64,000 bases of DNA, taken from Trueperaceae bacterium. GTDB taxonomy: Bacteria > Deinococcota > Deinococci > Deinococcales > Trueperaceae. The DNA is taken from positions 832,001 through 896,000 of the forward strand of contig CBDCDZ010000004.1 in NCBI GenBank assembly GCA_965215565.1, given 5' to 3'. Both the position numbers and the translations under genes were made by a program. Shown piece after piece: positions 58,438 to 64,000 of this stretch (the stretch's first letter is position 1; each line of letters begins with the position of its first letter). The notes under the pieces are model-generated. The model did not search any database. It was not told where the DNA came from and saw only the letters and a list, made by a program, of their open reading frames with translations.

Positions 58438-61400
58438 GTGCGCCTCGCCTCCCTAACGCTCCAGGGCTTCAAGAGCTTCGCGAACAAGACGACGCTGGAA
58501 TTTACGCCCGGCATCACCGCCATCGTCGGGCCAAACGGCTCGGGCAAGTCCAACGTCATCGACGCGCTGCGCTGGGCGTCGGGCGGCGGCAGGGCGAGCG
58601 AGTTTCGCGCGGAGGGCAAGACTGATCTCATCTTTCACGGCGCGGCGGGGGGGCGCAGCTTAGGCTACGCGGAGGTGGCGCTCGAGGTGGCGCGCGCAAG
58701 CGGGAGCGTCCACGTCTCGCGGAGCCTCTTTCGGGACGGACAGACCAAGCTCAAATTAGGCGGCAAAGCTGCGCGGTTTTTAGATGTGGACGAGGCGCTT
58801 TCAGGCAGCGGTCTGGCGCGGGGCGGGCTCTCCATCATCGGGCAGGGCGAGGTCTCGCAGGTCTTGATGGCGGACCCGCCGACGCTCCTCAGCTACGTCG
58901 CAGAGGCGGCGGGGGTAGCGAAGCTCACCTCGAGGCGCGAGCAGACCTTCGCCCGTTTAGAAAGCGCGCGCGAGCACCTAGAGCGCTTAGAGGACGTAAT
59001 GCGCGAGCTGCGCCGCCAGTTGGAAACCTTGGAAGAAGAGGCGGCGGAGGCGCAGCGCAGCGCGGCGCTGAGCCGGGAGCAGCTCGCCCTGCGCTACACG
59101 CTCGCGCAGCGCCGCGTGGAGGGCTTACAGCGCGAGCTGACCGAACTAGAAGCGCAGCGGCAGAACGTGGCGGCGGGTCTGGAACACGGCAAAACGCAAC
59201 TCAGCGCAGCGAGGGAGGCGTGGGGGCGTTCGCGCGAAAGGCTCGCCGACGCCGAAGCAGTTTACCGCCGCGCGGTGCAAGACGCCGAGGCGAGGCGCGG
59301 CGACCTGCGCGTGGCGCAAGAGCGGCTGGCGGCGGCGCGCTCGAAGCGTGAGGGGTTGGCGAGAGAGGCGCGCGGCGTCGCCGACGAGGTGGCGGCGCTC
59401 GCTGGAGCCGACGCACCCACCCCGCCCAAAGGGGACCGCGAAGCGCTAACGCGCACGTTAGCTGAGCAAGACGCCGCCCTCGCCGCGCGGCGCGAGGGGT
59501 TGGCGGCGCTAAGCGCGCAGTTTGACGACCATTCGCAAGCCCTGGAGACCGCCCGCCGCGCCGCCTTCGCCCAAGCCCAAGCCGCCGAGCGCTACGAAGC
59601 GCAAAAGGTGAACTTGGAAGCGCAGCTTAGCGGCGTGACGGCGCGTTTAGGGGAACTAGAGGCGGACGTCGACATCGCAGGTTTAGAAGCCGACGTCGCG
59701 CAGGCGCGCTCTGCCGCCGCCGAACGAGAAGCCCACCTCAGCGCCCTCCGGGAGCGCCTCGCCGCGCGCCAGAATGCCCTCGCTGGCGCTCACGCCGAAG
59801 CGCAGGCGCGGGGGCGCGCACTCGAACGCAGCCGCGCCGCGTTCGAGGCGCGGCGCGGCTACGCGCAGGGTCCCAAGAACGCGCTGACTTCGGGCATCCT
59901 CGGCGTGATCGGCTCGGTGGCGGACCTCTTGCGCGTAAACCCTGACTATCAAACCGCCTTGGGCAGCGCCCTTGGGCGGCGCGCCGAGCACGTCGTCGTC
60001 GAATCGGCGGAGGTGGCGAAAGAGGTCTTGGCGCACGTGCGGCGTAGCGGCGGCTGGGTGACGCTGCTGCCGCTCGAGTTGGTCAGAGGCAGACCCGGCA
60101 CCCTCACCCCCGAACTGCGCGGCGAACCGAGCGTGATAGGACTCTGCGCCGAACTCGTCGAGGTGGACCCGAGGTACGCAGGCATAGTGAACCAACTGCT
60201 CGGCACCACCGCGCTCGTCACCTCCTTGGACGACGCCGTCGCGCTCGCCCGCCGCTACCCTAAAAGACCGCGCTTCGTGACCCTGCAGGGCGACGTGATG
60301 GAGAGCTACGGCGCGATGACGGGGGGACGTCCGCAAGGGAGCGGCGCAGGGAAAGATTCTGTGCTCGGTTTAGCGGCAGACCTAGAGGACGCCGAAGTCG
60401 CGGCTAGAGAGGCGCAGCGCGGCGCAGACGCGCAGCGCGAGGTAGTCGAGCGGCTGCAAGTGGAGACGAAGGCCGCTTTAGAAGAGCGCCGCGGCCAGAC
60501 GGACACCCTAGCCCGCGCTAGCGAAGCGTTGCGTCAAGCGCGCGAGAGGGCGGCGGCGCGGGGGTCGCTCGAGCAGGAGCTGTCACGGCAGACGCTCGAG
60601 CTGACCGAGCGCCTGGCCGCGCTCACGCCACCCGAATCTTCGGGCGAGGCTGCGTGGGAGGTGGCGGCGTTAGAGGCGCGGGTTAAAGAGCAGCAGCTTG
60701 AACTGACGGCGCTGCGAGAAGCGGTCAGCGCGTCCGAAGCGGCGCGGCGCGAGACGGCGCAAGCGCTGACCCTCCTCCGCGAGCGGCAGAAGGACTTCGC
60801 GCGGGCGTCGGAGCGTTTCGAGGCGGGGCGCGCGCGGTTGGGGCAGGTGAGGATAAGGTCCGCGACGTTGCAGCGCGAGTTGACCGAAGCAACCGAAGCG
60901 GAACGCGCAGCCGAGGTGGGCGTCCGCGAGGCTGAAGCCCGCGTGCCGCAGACTTTACAGGCGCAAGAGGACGCGTTGTCGGACGCTCGGCAAGGCACCC
61001 AGAGCGCCGAAGACATTTTAGGCGACATCACGCAGCGCCAAGCCGAAAGAGGTGCGTCGCTCGAGGAGGTCAAGCTGACCCTAGCGCGGCGCGAGACGGC
61101 GTTAGGGGCGGCGCTGGAGGAACGCGCGGGCTTTCCCGAAGGGGTTGAAGTGCTCGGAGGCGGTCTCAAAACGTTGCGCGACAGACTCTCTACAATTTCT
61201 AAAGACCTCGAGACCTTGGGTCCCGTCAACTACCGCGCCGCCCAAGAAGCGCACGTTCAGCGCGAACGCTGGGAGAGCCTCGTCGCGCAGTCCAATGAGG
61301 CGAACTTAGCTGCCGCCGAACTCACAGGTGTCTTAACCGACATCGAGAGCACCGTCCAGACGCGCCTGGGTGCCGCCGTCTCGCAGCTCAGGGCGAAGTT

Positions 61401-61839
61401 CGCCGAGCACATCACCCAGCTCTTCGGCGCGGGCGCAGAGGCGAGCATCGACACGCTCTCGGAAGAGGGGCAGGCCACCGGGCTCAAAATCAGCCTGCAA
61501 CCCCCCGGCAAACAGACCCGCGCCTTGAACCTCTTGTCGGTTGGCGAGCGCACGATGGGCGCGATGGCGTTTCTCTTCGCGCTGATGAGCGGCGAGGGCG
61601 AGATGGGCCTGCCCATCGCCATCTTGGACGAGGTGGACGCGCCCCTAGACGAGGCGAACATCCGCCGCTTCTGCGCCTTTTTAGAGCAGCTCGCCGCCGC
61701 GGGCACGCAGTTCGTCCTCATCACGCATCAAAAAGCGACGATGGAGACCGCGAGCACCTTGTGGGGCGTAACCACGGAGCGCGGGGTGAGCCGCGTCTTC
61801 AGCATCAGCCGTGCAGAGGCGGAAGCGGTGGTGACCTGA
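58438..61839 (+). CDS. smc: Chromosome segregation protein SMC
   Basis: GFKSF, GPNGSGKSN, coiled coils with hinge, LSVGE, LDEVDAPLD; start placed at GTG 58438. Confidence 0.93.
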   Translation: MRLASLTLQGFKSFANKTTLEFTPGITAIVGPNGSGKSNVIDALRWASGGGRASEFRAEGKTDLIFHGAAGGRSLGYAEVALEVARASGSVHVSRSLFRDGQTKLKLGGKAARFLDVDEALSGSGLARGGLSIIGQGEVSQVLMADPPTLLSYVAEAAGVAKLTSRREQTFARLESAREHLERLEDVMRELRRQLETLEEEAAEAQRSAALSREQLALRYTLAQRRVEGLQRELTELEAQRQNVAAGLEHGKTQLSAAREAWGRSRERLADAEAVYRRAVQDAEARRGDLRVAQERLAAARSKREGLAREARGVADEVAALAGADAPTPPKGDREALTRTLAEQDAALAARREGLAALSAQFDDHSQALETARRAAFAQAQAAERYEAQKVNLEAQLSGVTARLGELEADVDIAGLEADVAQARSAAAEREAHLSALRERLAARQNALAGAHAEAQARGRALERSRAAFEARRGYAQGPKNALTSGILGVIGSVADLLRVNPDYQTALGSALGRRAEHVVVESAEVAKEVLAHVRRSGGWVTLLPLELVRGRPGTLTPELRGEPSVIGLCAELVEVDPRYAGIVNQLLGTTALVTSLDDAVALARRYPKRPRFVTLQGDVMESYGAMTGGRPQGSGAGKDSVLGLAADLEDAEVAAREAQRGADAQREVVERLQVETKAALEERRGQTDTLARASEALRQARERAAARGSLEQELSRQTLELTERLAALTPPESSGEAAWEVAALEARVKEQQLELTALREAVSASEAARRETAQALTLLRERQKDFARASERFEAGRARLGQVRIRSATLQRELTEATEAERAAEVGVREAEARVPQTLQAQEDALSDARQGTQSAEDILGDITQRQAERGASLEEVKLTLARRETALGAALEERAGFPEGVEVLGGGLKTLRDRLSTISKDLETLGPVNYRAAQEAHVQRERWESLVAQSNEANLAAAELTGVLTDIESTVQTRLGAAVSQLRAKFAEHITQLFGAGAEASIDTLSEEGQATGLKISLQPPGKQTRALNLLSVGERTMGAMAFLFALMSGEGEMGLPIAILDEVDAPLDEANIRRFCAFLEQLAAAGTQFVLITHQKATMETASTLWGVTTERGVSRVFSISRAEAEAVVT

Positions 61840-61867
61840 GGAAACCTCGCTTAATCCTCCCACAGTC

Positions 61868-62395
61868 CTACTTGGCTAAAACCTGGTGTTCCTTTGAGCT
61901 TTCCAAATCATCCACTCGCCACCCCAACGCCGCCACACTCGCGCCCTTGCGAACGGCGTCAGGTAGGTCCGCGAGCGTCATGGCGGTCTGCGCCGCGACG
62001 GTGCCGTCTGGCAGCGTCAGTTCGCCCACCGCCTTGCCGAGCCGCCCGCGCAACCTGACGATGCGCCCGGCGACGCGCAAGGGCGTTTCAGTCGGAACGG
62101 GGTGGCGGAACTTAACCTCGAGCTTCACCGACACCATGAAGTGGTGGTGGTCCCCGATGAGCGCCACGCGCCCCACGCACTCGTCGAGCATCGCCGTCAC
62201 AACGCCGCCATGCACCAAGCCCGGATAGCTCTGATAAACGTCGGGTACGGTGTGTTCCGCATAGACCTCATCGACGCCATTGTCGAAAAAGGTCATCTGG
62301 AGCCCCACGGGGTTGTCACGCCCACAGATAAAGCAGGTGTCGGAGTTGGGTTGTCGGTAGCGCGTGTGAGGAGGCTTTTCTTGTAGCAGGGGCAT
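61868..62395 (-). CDS. PaaI family thioesterase
   Basis: CFICGRDNPVGL, HGGVVTAMLDE. Confidence 0.9.
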   Translation of the reverse strand: MPLLQEKPPHTRYRQPNSDTCFICGRDNPVGLQMTFFDNGVDEVYAEHTVPDVYQSYPGLVHGGVVTAMLDECVGRVALIGDHHHFMVSVKLEVKFRHPVPTETPLRVAGRIVRLRGRLGKAVGELTLPDGTVAAQTAMTLADLPDAVRKGASVAALGWRVDDLESSKEHQVLAK

Positions 62396-62493
62396 AAGAC
62401 ACGAGTTTATCAAGGATACGCGGGGTGCAGCGTAGGGTGAACACACTGTGCCGTACACCTCTTCACTGTACACCTCTTATGCGACGCTTCTAG

Positions 62494-62628
62494 TAGCAGT
62501 TCCAAAACATACTGAGACGGATGCGCGCAAATTTCACAGCTTGCTGTAACGGAACCTCATCTCAGAATGTGCGTGCTGTACGATGTTCTCAAAAGTGAGA
62601 GTGTTTCAGACCAGGTGATACCTAATTA
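62494..62628 (-). repeat. MITE-like repeat family A, copy 4
   Basis: TAGCAGTTCCAAAACATACTGAGAC...CCAGGTGATACCT. Confidence 0.7.
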
Positions 62629-62752
62629 TAGTATGCCTGCGAGAGGCGAAGAGGTCAGGAAACCTAAACCAGTGACGTTCGGACAATTACAGTATGATTT
62701 TATTGCTTTCAAATCACGTCCAAGAGGTCCAGACTCGAGCCTGGAGGCGATC

Positions 62753-63115
62753 GTGCTCACACTCGACCATATCCAACTCGCTATGCCACAAGGGAAAGAG
62801 GTCGACGCCCGCAGTTTTTACGGCGGAGTCTTGAGGCTACAGGAGTTAGAAAAACCTGACCTCTTGAAGTCCAAAGGTGGCGTCTGGTTTCGCCTCGGCG
62901 CGCATGAGTTGCATCTCGGCGTCGAAACACCCTTCGCCCCGGCGAAAAAGGCACATCCCGCCTTCCGCGTAGAGGATTTAGGCGCGCTCGTAAAGAGGCT
63001 AAAGGACGCTGGGTACTCCCCCATTTGGGACGACGCCATCCCCAAGGTGCGGCGCTTTCATACGCATGACGTGTTCGGCAACCGGCTCGAGTTTCTTCAG
63101 CACCTATTTCTTTAG
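62753..63115 (+). CDS. VOC/glyoxalase family protein
   Basis: LDHIQL, KKAHPAF, DVFGNRLE; GTG after GGAGG. Confidence 0.88.
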   Translation: MLTLDHIQLAMPQGKEVDARSFYGGVLRLQELEKPDLLKSKGGVWFRLGAHELHLGVETPFAPAKKAHPAFRVEDLGALVKRLKDAGYSPIWDDAIPKVRRFHTHDVFGNRLEFLQHLFL

Positions 63116-63456
63116 CACCTAGGACAAACTTAGGACAAGAAACCGAAGTGTGACCTGCGGATGTAAGGTTTCAGATCAACCTCTCTCTTCTCCTCACGGA
63201 TGAAATCTCGTTAGCCTTGCGGCTGAGACTTGCTGTAGACCTTCTATAAATGTGGCCTTCATCTACACTTCTCGCTCGTATGTTATGCTGCACGTGCGGA
63301 ACTGTTAAGTGCCGCTACCATGAAGCGTACCGGCGCTGGCTAACAGCGCTTCTATAAGATGTTCACCCAAATTATGAATACGCACTCGAGACTATAGAAA
63401 CGGCGCAAGCCTTCGTAATCACCTACGTCTACACTCACATTTTGAAAGGGAGGCTC

Positions 63457-64000
63457 GTGCCTACGAGACAACTTCTCACATGCCTAGCGTCCTCGGCTCC
63501 GCTGAGGTTTGCCTTGACCACCTCTAAACTAAAGGGCGCGGCGCTCGCCGCCGCGCTAAGCCTTGCGCTGGGACTCGCGCTGAGCGCCTGCACCCAAGCG
63601 TCTTCGACGCCTGAACCCGCGCCCCCCGAAGAAGCCCCCGACGAGTCCGTTTTGGAGGAGCCCAGCGCCTCCGGCGTGCCCGTTATCTTCGACACCGATT
63701 TGGGCTACGACTGCGACGACGCCGGGGCGCTCGGTGTATTGCACGCGCTCGCGGACCTCGGCGAAGCGAACCCCTTGGCGACGATCACGGTCGTCGGCGC
63801 GCCGCACAGCGCCGGGGCGCTCGACGTCATCAACACGTATTACGGGCGTCCTGACCTACCTGTAGGCGCGTACGCGGGCGAGCGCTGGCAGGACGCGAGA
63901 CCGTACTGGTTAGAACCCGATACGGGTTTTCTCGAGCCGCTCGTCGAAACCTACCCCAGCGACATCGAAACCAGCGCCCAAGCGCAAGAAGCCGTAGCGC
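63457..64000 (+). CDS. Nucleoside hydrolase-like lipoprotein (partial, runs off the window)
   Basis: Lipobox LSAC; VIFDTDLGYDCDDAGAL; start uncertain (63457 or 63514). Confidence 0.8.
   Translation, partial: MPTRQLLTCLASSAPLRFALTTSKLKGAALAAALSLALGLALSACTQASSTPEPAPPEEAPDESVLEEPSASGVPVIFDTDLGYDCDDAGALGVLHALADLGEANPLATITVVGAPHSAGALDVINTYYGRPDLPVGAYAGERWQDARPYWLEPDTGFLEPLVETYPSDIETSAQAQEAVA

Noticed and set aside
61528..61548. SMC signature LSVGE instead of LSGGE as a sign of inactivation
   Set aside because: All other ATPase motifs are intact; a single-residue variant is weak evidence
8218..62386. Numerous long antisense or overlapping ORFs in the ORF track (e.g. 8218-8976, 29880-30770, 43990-44910, 60534-61229)
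   Set aside because: Typical high-GC shadow frames of well-supported genes
62567..62752. N-terminal extension of the glyoxalase ORF
   Set aside because: It starts inside repeat family A copy 4; the RBS-supported start is GTG 62753

Overview
High-GC bacterial chromosome segment, probably Deinococcota/Truepera-like (inferred from gene content and many leaderless starts). Bases 1-7850 are a decaying mobile island. It holds the distal part of a Tn7-like transposon (tnsB tail, tnsC split by an IS5, tnsD with one nonsense codon, and an end with three TnsB-type sites finishing in ACA at 4651). After it come a tyrosine recombinase and a restriction-nuclease/ImmA-IrrE fusion gene, both truncated by a second, dead IS. 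The rest is core/metabolic DNA: carA, dusA, two sugar ABC systems, melA/LacI/galK, class II photolyase, xylB, asnB, HU, smc and c-di-GMP enzymes, with several families of small intergenic repeats. Two loci stand out. (1) An intact 932-aa P2-type ATPase has lost its phosphorylatable Asp (DKTGT->NKTGA) and most membrane ion ligands, and sits with YqhA and small membrane proteins behind a long leader. (2) A galactoside operon embeds an FG-GAP/ASPIC-UnbV beta-propeller and a His-rich membrane protein, next to a lysyl-oxidase-like gene. No CRISPR array, rRNA or tRNA was seen. All family calls come from motif recognition, not database searches.
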